Shown: positions 18,060 to 26,804 of the stretch, piece after piece
Numbering within the stretch: the stretch's first letter is position 1
How the letters are laid out: every line of letters starts with the position of its first letter
Origin: a virus
Length of the DNA stretch: 64,000 nt
Reading direction: 5' to 3' (one strand)
Virus record (IMG/VR): IMGVR_UViG_3300027801_000011
Location: 1 to 64,000 of that record
Translations under genes and position numbers: made by a program
Notes under the pieces: model-generated
Databases searched by the model: none
What the model saw: the letters and a program-made list of their open reading frames with translations, nothing else
What the model was told of the DNA's origin: nothing

Positions 18060-18693
18060 ACCATTTTCCCCAATGATAATGGAGTCGTGTGTTCCGAATA
18101 GATTTGTTTCTATTATTAATCACTCAGCAGACGGCGTATTGAATGATGAGAAGAAATCTGTTCAATGGGATTGGTCACATAAACTTGTGGGCAAAGTTAG
18201 TAAAGAAATACAAATACCTATTATGCCTGATGAGATCGAATATACAAAGACGATCATGAAGGAAGCGTGCTTAAGTTATCTAGAGAATTCAATAGAGAAC
18301 AAAACTGATCATAATTGGAAAAGGGCTGCTGGAAATGCAAAACCTGAGCTCAAAAATATTCACCTGACTCAAAGTTGGGTAGTTAGTCAATTTGCAGGCG
18401 AGTATAACCCTTGGCATCATCACACGGGAGACTTCTCTGCCGTGATCTATCTTAAACTACCACCTAAGATGAATGAAGAGCACAAAGAAGATAACAAAGA
18501 TCACTATCCAGCAAATGGATTGATCGAATTTATGTTTGGTGAGAACCAGACATTTCGATGTGACAATATTAAATTTAAACCAGAAGTGGGCAAGTTGTTG
18601 GTATTTCCATCATGGCTTAAACATTTCGTATATCCGTTCCATGTGTCGGGTGAAAGAAGGAGTATGAGTTTTAACGCTCATATACAGTTATAA
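18031..18693 (+). CDS. 2OG-Fe(II) oxygenase (HxH type)
   Basis: YNPWHHH...SAVIYLK...VFPSWLKHFVYPF...RRSMSFN. Confidence 0.85.
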   Translation: MMVMTPKFHRPFSPMIMESCVPNRFVSIINHSADGVLNDEKKSVQWDWSHKLVGKVSKEIQIPIMPDEIEYTKTIMKEACLSYLENSIENKTDHNWKRAAGNAKPELKNIHLTQSWVVSQFAGEYNPWHHHTGDFSAVIYLKLPPKMNEEHKEDNKDHYPANGLIEFMFGENQTFRCDNIKFKPEVGKLLVFPSWLKHFVYPFHVSGERRSMSFNAHIQL

Positions 18694-18694
18694 T

Positions 18695-19540
18695 ATGATA
18701 CTAGTTGATATGAACCAAATTTCTGTTGCGTCTGTGATGATGCAAATGGCGATGAACAAGACTAACGAACCAGATCATGGTCAAGTACGGCATATGATTC
18801 TCAATTCATTACGGATGTATCGTTCTCGCTTCCTGTCTGAATTTGGTGAGGTTGTGTTGTGTTATGATTCGAAACATTACTGGAGGCGTGATTACTTTCC
18901 AGAGTACAAGCATAATCGTAGGAAGGGACGAACTTCTGATAGCAAGGATTGGGACGCTATTTTTGATTGTCTAAATACTATTAAGGAAGAAATCAAAACG
19001 AATATGCCTTATAAGTTTTTAGAGGTGTATGGTGCAGAGGCCGATGACATTATTGCGACAATATGTTCTGAGTATGCTGAGGAGATTATGATACTATCTG
19101 GTGATAAAGATTTCATCCAACTACAGAAGTTTCCTAATGTGAAACAGTATAGCCCTATTACTAAGAAGTTTGTAGATGGCGAAAATCCAGAGACATATAT
19201 AAAAGAGCATATCTTTAAAGGAGATTCTAGTGATGGAGTACCGAATGTACTTTCACCAGACAATACCTTTGTGGATGGATTGAGACAGAAGCCGATGACT
19301 AAGAAGAAGATCGAAGCGTGGTTAGATCATGATTTTGAAGATGTGGCACCAAATGACGAAGTTAAACGAAACTATCAAAGAAATCGTAAGTTGATTGATT
19401 TGAGTTACACCCCAAAGGAACTGTCCAGCGAGATACTTGAAACATATCGGGACGCTCCAAATGGAAACCGAAGTAAGATATTAAATTATTTTATACAAAA
19501 GAGGCTAAGCACCCTCACTGAATCGATAGGAGAATTCTAA
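18695..19540 (+). CDS. rnh: T4-type RNase H (5'-3' exonuclease)
   Basis: MILVDMNQI, WRRDYFPEYK, EADDIIA, SGDKDFIQL, GDSSDGVPN. Confidence 0.93.
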   Translation: MILVDMNQISVASVMMQMAMNKTNEPDHGQVRHMILNSLRMYRSRFLSEFGEVVLCYDSKHYWRRDYFPEYKHNRRKGRTSDSKDWDAIFDCLNTIKEEIKTNMPYKFLEVYGAEADDIIATICSEYAEEIMILSGDKDFIQLQKFPNVKQYSPITKKFVDGENPETYIKEHIFKGDSSDGVPNVLSPDNTFVDGLRQKPMTKKKIEAWLDHDFEDVAPNDEVKRNYQRNRKLIDLSYTPKELSSEILETYRDAPNGNRSKILNYFIQKRLSTLTESIGEF

Positions 19541-19541
19541 A

Positions 19542-20042
19542 ATGGCTAGAGAAAATAATGGTTACACCCCCCTTTATTCCGAAATCTTGGAAGAGGTGAG
19601 TAAGAAGAAGAGTAAGAAAGAAAAGGTACAATATCTACAGCTGCATAATTCAGATGCTCTGAGGATGATCATCAAAGCTTCATTTGATCCAAAGATCGAA
19701 TGGTTGCTACCCCCTGGCGATGTTCCTTTCACACCGAATGATGCCCCAGAAGGCACTGAACATGGCAATCTAGCATATGAGTCCCGTAAGTTGTACCATT
19801 ACATTAAAGGTGGTAACGGTAAGTTGACTCAGAACAAGCGAGAATCTATGTTTGTTCAGATGCTCGAGAATCTACATCCAGATGAGGCAGATATTCTAGT
19901 TGCTGCTAAGGATAAGGTTTTGCATCAGAAATACAAGGGATTGTCCAAAAACGTAGTTATGGAAGCCTTTAATTGGGATGATAACTTCATGGTAGTCGAG
20001 CAGGCTAAATATCCACAGACGCCTGGTGGAGCCAACGGATAA
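19542..20042 (+). CDS. DUF6433-like conserved T4-like protein
   Basis: FDPKIEWLLPPG...KRESMFVQMLENLHPDEA; follows rnh. Confidence 0.7.
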   Translation: MARENNGYTPLYSEILEEVSKKKSKKEKVQYLQLHNSDALRMIIKASFDPKIEWLLPPGDVPFTPNDAPEGTEHGNLAYESRKLYHYIKGGNGKLTQNKRESMFVQMLENLHPDEADILVAAKDKVLHQKYKGLSKNVVMEAFNWDDNFMVVEQAKYPQTPGGANG

Positions 20043-20076
20043 TCTTTTTTAAAGTTTTTTCAAGTTTCCTTTAAAA

Positions 20077-20132
20077 TCAATGACTTACAAGGTACGATTT
20101 TGCTTGACATTATCCTTTTAGTGTGTTACTAT
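20077..20132 (+). promoter_or_regulatory. early promoter with conserved upstream boxes
   Basis: TCAATGACTTA-N4-GTACGATTTTGC-TTGACA-17-TACTAT. Confidence 0.75.
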
Positions 20133-20150
20133 AAGGTATAATCAAGAGAC

Positions 20151-20204
20151 AGAGACTTCTGGAGATGGAATCACCATCTAGGGCATGTGCCACCGCTAGT
20201 CTCT
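20151..20204 (+). ncRNA. unrecognised structured leader RNA, copy 1
   Basis: AGAGACT/AGTCTCT, AGATGG/CCATCT and GGC/GCC stems; second copy at 46708. Confidence 0.65.
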
Positions 20205-20218
20205 TCAAAGGAGATTTA

Positions 20219-20518
20219 ATGAATAAAGTGATTGATGTAGGTTCTACCTTAATAGAAATCAATACTAAGAAATTAGGTGAAGCCTGTGGTTGGATTGGAA
20301 TGATTCTAATCCACGGGGCGACTGCTCCTACTTCTATTTCTGTTCTAATGGGGTGGAGTAGTGCTCTTCCCCCTTTGAACTTTATATTGTTGATTTGGGC
20401 AGGATTGTTCTTGTTCTTAATTAGGGCAATTGTTGCTAAAGATGTGTTATATATGGTGTCCAATGCAATTGGATTTGCCCTAAATAGCTTGCTTCTTAGT
20501 TTAATTGCTTTTTCTTAG
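20219..20518 (+). CDS. 3-TM protein, SemiSWEET/PQ-loop-like
   Basis: GWIGMILI...P...LYMVSNAIGF; AAGGAG SD. Confidence 0.5.
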   Translation: MNKVIDVGSTLIEINTKKLGEACGWIGMILIHGATAPTSISVLMGWSSALPPLNFILLIWAGLFLFLIRAIVAKDVLYMVSNAIGFALNSLLLSLIAFS

Positions 20519-20526
20519 AGGTTTAA

Positions 20527-20997
20527 ATGAACTATATTAATGTAGTTGGTGGAACGAAAACGGATAGGGCCCTTGCTAAAAAGGTCGCCCTATTCTGCAT
20601 CAAAGAATTGATGCCAAGATTCAGTACGTTAGATATTGAGATTATGTTTACAAAATGTCTAGATGATGGTGCTTATGGCTTTTGCTACGGCATGGACACG
20701 GATCGTGAATTTACGATTGAGATAGACAAAAGAATTACAAAATTTAAGAATGGTAAGGTCAAGAAAAGTGGTAGAGATATCTTCATTGAGACGCTTTGCC
20801 ATGAATTTGTTCACGTTATGCAGACTGCTAAAGGTCTGATGGTGGACAGGGTTTATCCTAAGAAATTAGGATATAGAAGGTTGTGGAAAGGTGTCGATCA
20901 TACAAAAACGACATATAGCAAACAGCCTTGGGAACGTCAGGCATATAGGATGCAGGGCAAATTGGTAACAGACTTTAAGAAGAGTGAGAAAATATGA
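20527..20997 (+). CDS. zincin-like metalloprotease
   Basis: TLCHEFVHVMQ and PWERQA. Confidence 0.8.
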   Translation: MNYINVVGGTKTDRALAKKVALFCIKELMPRFSTLDIEIMFTKCLDDGAYGFCYGMDTDREFTIEIDKRITKFKNGKVKKSGRDIFIETLCHEFVHVMQTAKGLMVDRVYPKKLGYRRLWKGVDHTKTTYSKQPWERQAYRMQGKLVTDFKKSEKI

Positions 20998-21173
20998 GTA
21001 AGATGAAGAACTTTATGATGGACATGGAAGAGTTGGTAGATTGTGCTTTGATCGAAGGATCAGAGACTTTCAAGGAAGTTGGGAACTACGTGATGGCAAA
21101 CTACAAGCCCATGTCATTTGTTGATCTTGAGTATTGCAAAGAATACTACAACAAAACCATCAAGGAGATGTAA
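20994..21173 (+). CDS. hypothetical protein (59 aa)
   Basis: MSKMKNFMMDMEE...; coupled to neighbours. Confidence 0.6.
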   Translation: MSKMKNFMMDMEELVDCALIEGSETFKEVGNYVMANYKPMSFVDLEYCKEYYNKTIKEM

Positions 21174-21698
21174 ATGGATATAGGAGCGCTAATCGCTGGA
21201 CTGCTGTTTATAACACCAGTTCAGGCAGACATATCTAACGTGAAGTCGGCACAATGTCTTGCTATGAATATGTATCATGAGGCTAGAGGACAAGGAGTTG
21301 CTGGCGTACTGGCGGTTTCTTTTGTCGTTCTAAATAGAGTTAAGGATAAGAGGTTTCCTTCCACAATATGTGAGGTTGTGAAACAAGGCCCTGTTAGGGA
21401 AAGTTGGAAAACTAGACAAACCAAGAATCCTAATGATGCCAAATTTTTTCCTATTAAGAATCGCTGCCAGTTCAGCTGGTGGTGTGACGGCAAATCTGAT
21501 GTACCTAAAGACAAGGTAACGTATCAGAGGTTGCTAGCAATATCACAGGGAATAGTTGATAAAGACTATACCTTAGTTGATATAACAGATGGTGCTTTAT
21601 TTTACCATGCTGATTATGTAACGCCCGGCTGGGCAAAAACGAAGGTGAAGACTGTAGAAATACAGGATCACATATTTTATAGGTGGGAAACCAAATGA
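21174..21698 (+). CDS. cell wall hydrolase (SleB/Hydrolase_2)
   Basis: CLAMNMYHEARG, VVLNRV, CQFSW, GALFYHA, HIFY. Confidence 0.92.
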   Translation: MDIGALIAGLLFITPVQADISNVKSAQCLAMNMYHEARGQGVAGVLAVSFVVLNRVKDKRFPSTICEVVKQGPVRESWKTRQTKNPNDAKFFPIKNRCQFSWWCDGKSDVPKDKVTYQRLLAISQGIVDKDYTLVDITDGALFYHADYVTPGWAKTKVKTVEIQDHIFYRWETK

Positions 21699-22003
21699 CA
21701 TTTGATGAGTATCAAGAATTCGCTAGATCAACGGCAGTCTATCCAGAAGACTGTAAAGTAGTATATCCAACACTAGGTTTGTGTGGAGAAGCAGGCGAAG
21801 TCGCAGAAAAGATTAAGAAACATATGAGAGATGGCCGATCACTAGTTGGAGTAGGACTTGAACTAGGTGATGTGCTTTGGTATATCTCTGCTCTTGCAGA
21901 TGATCTGGGGGTAACTCTAGAAGAGGTTGCACAGGCGAATGTAGATAAACTTCAATCACGTAAAGACCGTGGTAAGATAGGTGGCAGTGGGGATAATCGT
22001 TGA
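21695..22003 (+). CDS. MazG-like NTP pyrophosphohydrolase
   Basis: LGLCGEAGEVAEK...ELGDVLWY. Confidence 0.88.
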   Translation: MTFDEYQEFARSTAVYPEDCKVVYPTLGLCGEAGEVAEKIKKHMRDGRSLVGVGLELGDVLWYISALADDLGVTLEEVAQANVDKLQSRKDRGKIGGSGDNR

Positions 22004-22581
22004 ACGATTTCAGCGAGCATGCTCGCATGAGCCATTTCAGATTCATAGAAGAGAATTTGGATGTCAAAAACATCTTACAAGAAGTATTAGATAATCCTCA
22101 AGATTGGGATGTCGCTGGTAACATCAAGGGTGCTTCTGGAGACTTGAAACCGTATGGATTTCTACCATTAACGATGGCAGTGATTCGTGCAGCAGGCGAC
22201 GATCCCAAAAATACGGAGTTACAACAGGACACTCCGTTGAGGGCAAAATATAAAAAGATAAGAAAGTTTCTTAAACGACATAAGTGTCAACAACACTCTA
22301 GGGCTGCCTTTTTTAAATTGGCGCCAGGAGATCAAGTAGGTTGGCATATAGATGACGGGACTTACTATCTAACTAGAGACAGATACCACTTGTCTCTACA
22401 AGGAACGTATCAGTATTGGGTTGGAGATGAACCTAATGTTGAAACAGCAGAACTTCATACTATTGAACCAGGCACATTCTTTTGGTTTGATAATAAGAAG
22501 CATCATCGTGCCCTTAATGTAGGGGATGTTGATAGAATTTCTTTTGTATTTGACGTACCTAAGAAAAAAAGTAACCCATAG
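22000..22581 (+). CDS. aspartyl/asparaginyl beta-hydroxylase-like oxygenase
   Basis: WHID...RYHL...WFDNKKHH...RISFVFD. Confidence 0.8.
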   Translation: MNDFSEHARMSHFRFIEENLDVKNILQEVLDNPQDWDVAGNIKGASGDLKPYGFLPLTMAVIRAAGDDPKNTELQQDTPLRAKYKKIRKFLKRHKCQQHSRAAFFKLAPGDQVGWHIDDGTYYLTRDRYHLSLQGTYQYWVGDEPNVETAELHTIEPGTFFWFDNKKHHRALNVGDVDRISFVFDVPKKKSNP

Positions 22582-22585
22582 TGAC

Positions 22586-22614
22586 TTGACATATTATAGT
22601 TTCTGTGGTATATT
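22586..22614 (+). promoter_or_regulatory. sigma70-type promoter
   Basis: TTGACA-17-TATATT. Confidence 0.7.
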
Positions 22615-22717
22615 AAGAACATCATAACGAATAGGAGTATTTTATGGTTTTAGGTTTAGCAATTTTTGGCGGCATTATCGTTGCCAATACAGCATTATAT
22701 TTAATTGGTTCCATTTT

Positions 22718-23245
22718 TTGAACGTATTTTATTTAAATCGTGACCCTGTTATAGCTGCACAAATGAGTTGTAACAAACATGTGGTTAAGATGATCTTGGA
22801 GAGCGCTCAGTTGCTCTCCACAGCTCATCGTGTTCTAGACGGTGATGATTACGCCGACTTAGCAGGAATGTATAAGTTGACTCATAAAAATCACCCTACC
22901 AATATCTGGGTTCGTGAATCTGATAAACACTATGATTGGGTGTACTCCCATATGATAGGACTCATGCAAGAGTATACGTATCGCTATGATAAACATCATG
23001 CCACTGAGCGTCTAGAATTTGCTCTCTCTAACTGTCCAGATAACATCCCTGTCGGAGACTATCGTGATCCGCCCCAATGTATGCCTGATAATTGTAAGGG
23101 AGATGACGCAGTTCTAGCTTATCAAACTTACTATATAGTAGAGAAATCTGGGTTCGCACAATGGAAAAGACGCAGACAGCCGGAGTGGTTTAATGAAGAC
23201 AGCAAGAGAATCCTATTGGGATTACATGGGAAGAAGATTGCGTGA
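22718..23245 (+). CDS. pyrimidine-dimer DNA glycosylase family protein
   Basis: MNVFYL..DP...KHVVKMILESAQLLSTAH...HKNHP...PPQCMPD. Confidence 0.8.
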   Translation: MNVFYLNRDPVIAAQMSCNKHVVKMILESAQLLSTAHRVLDGDDYADLAGMYKLTHKNHPTNIWVRESDKHYDWVYSHMIGLMQEYTYRYDKHHATERLEFALSNCPDNIPVGDYRDPPQCMPDNCKGDDAVLAYQTYYIVEKSGFAQWKRRRQPEWFNEDSKRILLGLHGKKIA

Positions 23246-23432
23246 AGATAGAAAAGAACGTGGTGAAGAACCAATGACGCCGAACATGACTGATATGGCA
23301 AACCTTACAGAATCGTATTATAATGTTTTGAAACGTACCAAAGAACTTAGTGACAGGGTACACGATCTAGAATACAAAGTCCGTACAATGGGCGGCGATT
23401 CTAGACAATTAGAATTAAAATTTGGAGATTAA
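23193..23432 (+). CDS. hypothetical protein
   Basis: ORF within the operon. Confidence 0.55.
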   Translation: MKTARESYWDYMGRRLREDRKERGEEPMTPNMTDMANLTESYYNVLKRTKELSDRVHDLEYKVRTMGGDSRQLELKFGD

Positions 23433-23433
23433 G

Positions 23434-23757
23434 TTGCCTACCTATACATTTATTGACGATTCCATCAAAGATGGAGAAGAGTGGGATGACTTCATTTCCA
23501 TGTCTGAGAAAGAAATTTACCTCGCTGCAAACCCCAATATAAGACAGGTCATAAAACCTGTAGCTCTGGTTGGAGATCATATGATGGGCGTTGGCCCTAA
23601 GACTGATGGAGGTTTTCAAGAGAACATGCAACGTATCAGTGCCGCTCATCCAGGCAGCCCATTAGCAGACAAATTTGGCGGTAGCACTGAGACACATAAA
23701 AATATTAAACTACGATCAGCTCTAGACAAAATGAAAAAGAAAAAAGGAATTACATAA
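23434..23757 (+). CDS. FmdB-like protein (Cys-less)
   Basis: (M)PTYTF start; AHPGSPL; precedes phoH. Confidence 0.6.
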   Translation: MPTYTFIDDSIKDGEEWDDFISMSEKEIYLAANPNIRQVIKPVALVGDHMMGVGPKTDGGFQENMQRISAAHPGSPLADKFGGSTETHKNIKLRSALDKMKKKKGIT

Positions 23758-24467
23758 TGGCATCTAAAAAGAATAAAGAAATTCAAATTGGTAGTCTGCT
23801 ACCCATTAAACCTTTAACAGAATCCCAAGGTACAGTATTTAAGACTTGGAAGAAAGGTTTGAATCAATTCCTTTTTGGGTGTGCTGGTACGGGTAAAACA
23901 TTTGCTCCGTTGTACTTGGCATTGAATGATGTACTTGATCTAAAGACACCTCAAGACAAGGTGATCTTGGTTCGATCTCTTATTCCCACACGTGAGATTG
24001 GTTTCTTGCCTGGCGATGAAGAGGACAAGGCCGCCCTGTATCAAGTACCGTATCAAAATATGGTACAGTTCATGTTTGAGCAACCTAACGAACAGGCATT
24101 TAATAATCTATATGATCGCCTCAAGGGACAGGGTTCTCTCTACTTCCTATCAACTTCTTTTCTAAGGGGGTTGACATTTGATAATGCAATCATTATAGTG
24201 GATGAATGTCAGAATATGAACTTTCATGAGCTAGACACAATCATTACCCGTGTAGGTAAAGATTCTAAAATTGTTTTCTGTGGTGACTTCGATCAGACTG
24301 ATCTACAGCGTACCAATGAACGTAATGGTCTACATGACTTCTTACGTATCCTTGAAGAGATGGAAGAGTTTAACTGTACTGAGTTTACAATTGGAGACAT
24401 TGTACGCTCGGGTTTTGTTCGTAGTTATCTTATCAACAAAACCAAACTAGGAATAGGGATGGAATAA
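23757..24467 (+). CDS. phoH: PhoH-like ATPase
   Basis: GCAGTGKT, IGFLPG, FLRGLTF, DECQN, GDFDQ, IVRS. Confidence 0.93.
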   Translation: MASKKNKEIQIGSLLPIKPLTESQGTVFKTWKKGLNQFLFGCAGTGKTFAPLYLALNDVLDLKTPQDKVILVRSLIPTREIGFLPGDEEDKAALYQVPYQNMVQFMFEQPNEQAFNNLYDRLKGQGSLYFLSTSFLRGLTFDNAIIIVDECQNMNFHELDTIITRVGKDSKIVFCGDFDQTDLQRTNERNGLHDFLRILEEMEEFNCTEFTIGDIVRSGFVRSYLINKTKLGIGME

Positions 24468-24907
24468 TGGACTTAGAAAAGTTACAAAAGCAACTAGAAA
24501 TTGACGAGGGCGTTAAATATGAAATTTATAATGATCATCTTGGGTACGCTACTTTTGGTGTTGGCCATCTCGTATTGGAATCCGACATGGAACATGGACT
24601 CCCAACAGGTACGGGGGTTTCAGAAGATAGAGTTAATGAGGCCTTCAGATCGGATTGCGAAAGTGTCTTGTCTGACTGCAACATCCTTTACGAAGACTTT
24701 GAAGATTTGCCAGAAGAAGTTAAACAAATAGTGGCAAATATGATGTTCAATATGGGGCGTCCTCGCTTATCCAAATTTAAGGGTATGAAACGTGGTGTAG
24801 ATGCCCAAGATTGGAACGCAGCTGCTGATGAGATGGTAGATAGCGGTTGGTATAAACAAGTAACTAATCGAGCAGATCGACTAGTGGATAGAATGAGGAA
24901 CGTATGA
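24467..24907 (+). CDS. T4-type lysozyme (GH24)
   Basis: DEGVKYEIYNDHLGYATFGVGH, MMFNMG, EMVDSGWYKQV..RA. Confidence 0.9.
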   Translation: MDLEKLQKQLEIDEGVKYEIYNDHLGYATFGVGHLVLESDMEHGLPTGTGVSEDRVNEAFRSDCESVLSDCNILYEDFEDLPEEVKQIVANMMFNMGRPRLSKFKGMKRGVDAQDWNAAADEMVDSGWYKQVTNRADRLVDRMRNV

Positions 24908-25095
24908 GTGAAAATGTAACACATCGTGTCAGTGACAAAGTTTGGGATTATGATGCAATTGATGCCCAGCGTAATGAAGAATGGGGTGGCATCCATAAAC
25001 TCGTAACAGATCATGCCGTAGAGAAGCGTGTAACAGCACAAGAGATTGCTAAACGAAACTCTATATTTTACAACCATAAAGAGATTAATAAATAA
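24904..25095 (+). CDS. hypothetical protein
   Basis: Coupled ORF. Confidence 0.5.
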   Translation: MSENVTHRVSDKVWDYDAIDAQRNEEWGGIHKLVTDHAVEKRVTAQEIAKRNSIFYNHKEINK

Positions 25096-25823
25096 TGTTC
25101 AACCATTTAAACGTGGAGTTGCCTCCTATAAGTGCAACAACAACAGACGGTGTACGCCTTTATGAGACACCAGAGGGTAACAAGTACCCATCAATCACAA
25201 CCATTTTACAAGTTCGTAATAAGTCTGGACTTGATCAATGGCGTAAACGTGTGGGCGAAAAGACTGCTAACTACATTGCTGGTAAAGCAGCCGCTCGTGG
25301 TACTAAGGTACATCACATGTGTGAGGACTATCTAAACAATATGGAATCTAATTTTCCCAAAGATTGGGAGAAGCATAAGAAGGATTTCCTGCCTTTTTGT
25401 TTGTTTGGTCAATTAAAAACCGTTATTCAGAATATAGATAACATACATGCACAAGAAGCAGGCCTCTATTCTGATAAATACAAGGTAGCAGGAAGGGTTG
25501 ACTGTATCGCAGAGTACAATGGAGTGCTGTCGATTATAGACTTCAAGACTTCAACCAAAGAACGCAATGATGAATGGAATGAAAACTATTATATTCAATG
25601 TTCGGCTTATGCAGAGATGTATGAAGAAAGAACTGGTACAGAGATAGAACAAATTGTTATTCTATGTGTAACCGAAGACGGCACTGTACAAGAGTTTGTA
25701 AAAGAGAAGTATGATTACCTCGATTCATTGGTAGAAACCGCTACCATATGGAGAGAACAAAATGAAACACCTAATAGCAATATGGGCGGTGTTTCTGTTA
25801 ATGGGTTGTCAGACCAACAATAA
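25095..25823 (+). CDS. PD-(D/E)XK exonuclease
   Basis: YPSITTIL, RGTKVH, AGRVDC, IIDFKTS, Q..AYA. Confidence 0.88.
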   Translation: MFNHLNVELPPISATTTDGVRLYETPEGNKYPSITTILQVRNKSGLDQWRKRVGEKTANYIAGKAAARGTKVHHMCEDYLNNMESNFPKDWEKHKKDFLPFCLFGQLKTVIQNIDNIHAQEAGLYSDKYKVAGRVDCIAEYNGVLSIIDFKTSTKERNDEWNENYYIQCSAYAEMYEERTGTEIEQIVILCVTEDGTVQEFVKEKYDYLDSLVETATIWREQNETPNSNMGGVSVNGLSDQQ

Positions 25824-26232
25824 TATTCCCAAAGACAGCATATCGTCTACACCAATAGTAGAAGCAGATGAAGAGCTGGCAGAAGAATCTCAAAAAACGC
25901 CAGAAGAACCAAAAGTGGAAGGTCAACTAAACCAACCTCAAGTTGGTGCCTTTGTGGTACACAGACCAACTCTATGCGGGGATGCTGTCTCAATAATGAC
26001 GGGAATTGATAAGAATTCTAAAGAAGAACCTGTTGCTTTTTGGACTGATGCTCAATATGGACATAAGGTTATGATGCTTCGTAATGATGAGACTAAGACT
26101 GTTAGTATGATTGAATGGCCTAGGCCTGAGATTGCTTGTTTTATATCAGTTGGTACTGATTCTATGATGAAACCAGCTGAAGATGTTGGACAGAAAGTAG
26201 TTTATAAAAGGGACTTGACATTTGCACCTTGA
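25762..26232 (+). CDS. lipoprotein
   Basis: Lipobox LMGC. Confidence 0.6.
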   Translation: MKHLIAIWAVFLLMGCQTNNNIPKDSISSTPIVEADEELAEESQKTPEEPKVEGQLNQPQVGAFVVHRPTLCGDAVSIMTGIDKNSKEEPVAFWTDAQYGHKVMMLRNDETKTVSMIEWPRPEIACFISVGTDSMMKPAEDVGQKVVYKRDLTFAP

Positions 26233-26245
26233 TATGGTATAAATA
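26215..26245 (+). promoter_or_regulatory. dual early/late promoter for tmRNA
   Basis: TTGACA-17-TATAAA; the -10 extends to the late consensus TATAAATA. Confidence 0.75.
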
Positions 26246-26249
26246 GTAT

Positions 26250-26642
26250 ACAATTTGATGATACGAATTGAAAGCTGAACTGGACGAGGGGGCAGTACCC
26301 TCCGCCTCCACCAAAAGGAGACTAGAATGCTAGAGATATTGTTAGGGGATTCTGATGAAGACCCCCTTAGTACGAGAGGTTAGTAAGTGGATGTTTAAAG
26401 CATATATCGTTTGGAGTATATGTGCTGACATTACCCTACTAGCGGGTTTAATATACCTAGTCTTTTTTTGATGGGGGCGAAATAGGATCGACAGGCAGAG
26501 ATAGATGAGTGGAGAATTGTCGGATGACTCCGTTATTGGTCAAATTAGTAAATGCAAACGATAATATTGCATATGAGGATTTCGCACTAGCTGCGTAATC
26601 TGTCGGGGTTCGGGGAGTAACCTAGCAACAGAATACTCCCCA
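26250..26642 (+). ncRNA. ssrA: circularly permuted (two-piece) tmRNA, alphaproteobacterial type
   Basis: Acceptor piece ...GGGGCAGTACCCTCCGCCTCCACCA ends 26313; coding piece starts GGGGGCGAAATAGGATCGAC at 26473 (G3:U pair); tag ANDNIAYEDFALAA* at 26554-26598; 3' CCTAGCAACAGAA element. Confidence 0.93.
26355..26471 (+). CDS. 38-aa membrane peptide inside the tmRNA intervening segment
   Basis: MKTPLVREVSKWMFKAYIVWSICADITLLAGLIYLVFF*; stop lies 1 nt before the coding piece. Confidence 0.55.
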   Translation: MKTPLVREVSKWMFKAYIVWSICADITLLAGLIYLVFF

Positions 26643-26660
26643 CTTTATTCGTAAAGGGGG

Positions 26661-26689
26661 TTGACATATACATAAGACTATGTTATACT
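26661..26689 (+). promoter_or_regulatory. sigma70-type promoter
   Basis: TTGACA-17-TATACT. Confidence 0.75.
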
Positions 26690-26804
26690 CTGTACATAAT
26701 AAGAATTCGGGTGAAAGCTCGATGAGTTTGGAAGTTCTCTTGTAAAAACTTCACAATAAAAGTTGATGCTTTTTTCAACTTATTTGTCATGTAAAGGATA
26801 TTTT

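Noticed and set aside
20161-20185. Fluoride-riboswitch-like start GGAGATGG
   Set aside because: Lacks the downstream pseudoknot elements and copy 2 does not fit; treated as a different motif
20110-20463. Minus-strand 117-aa ORF, and the MESPSR extension of the plus ORF from 20165
   Set aside because: Antisense shadow; the plus-strand extension lies within the RNA motif and the SD supports ATG 20219
26281-26313. tRNA-like T-arm and CCA
   Set aside because: It is the tmRNA acceptor piece; I found no canonical tRNA genes in the window
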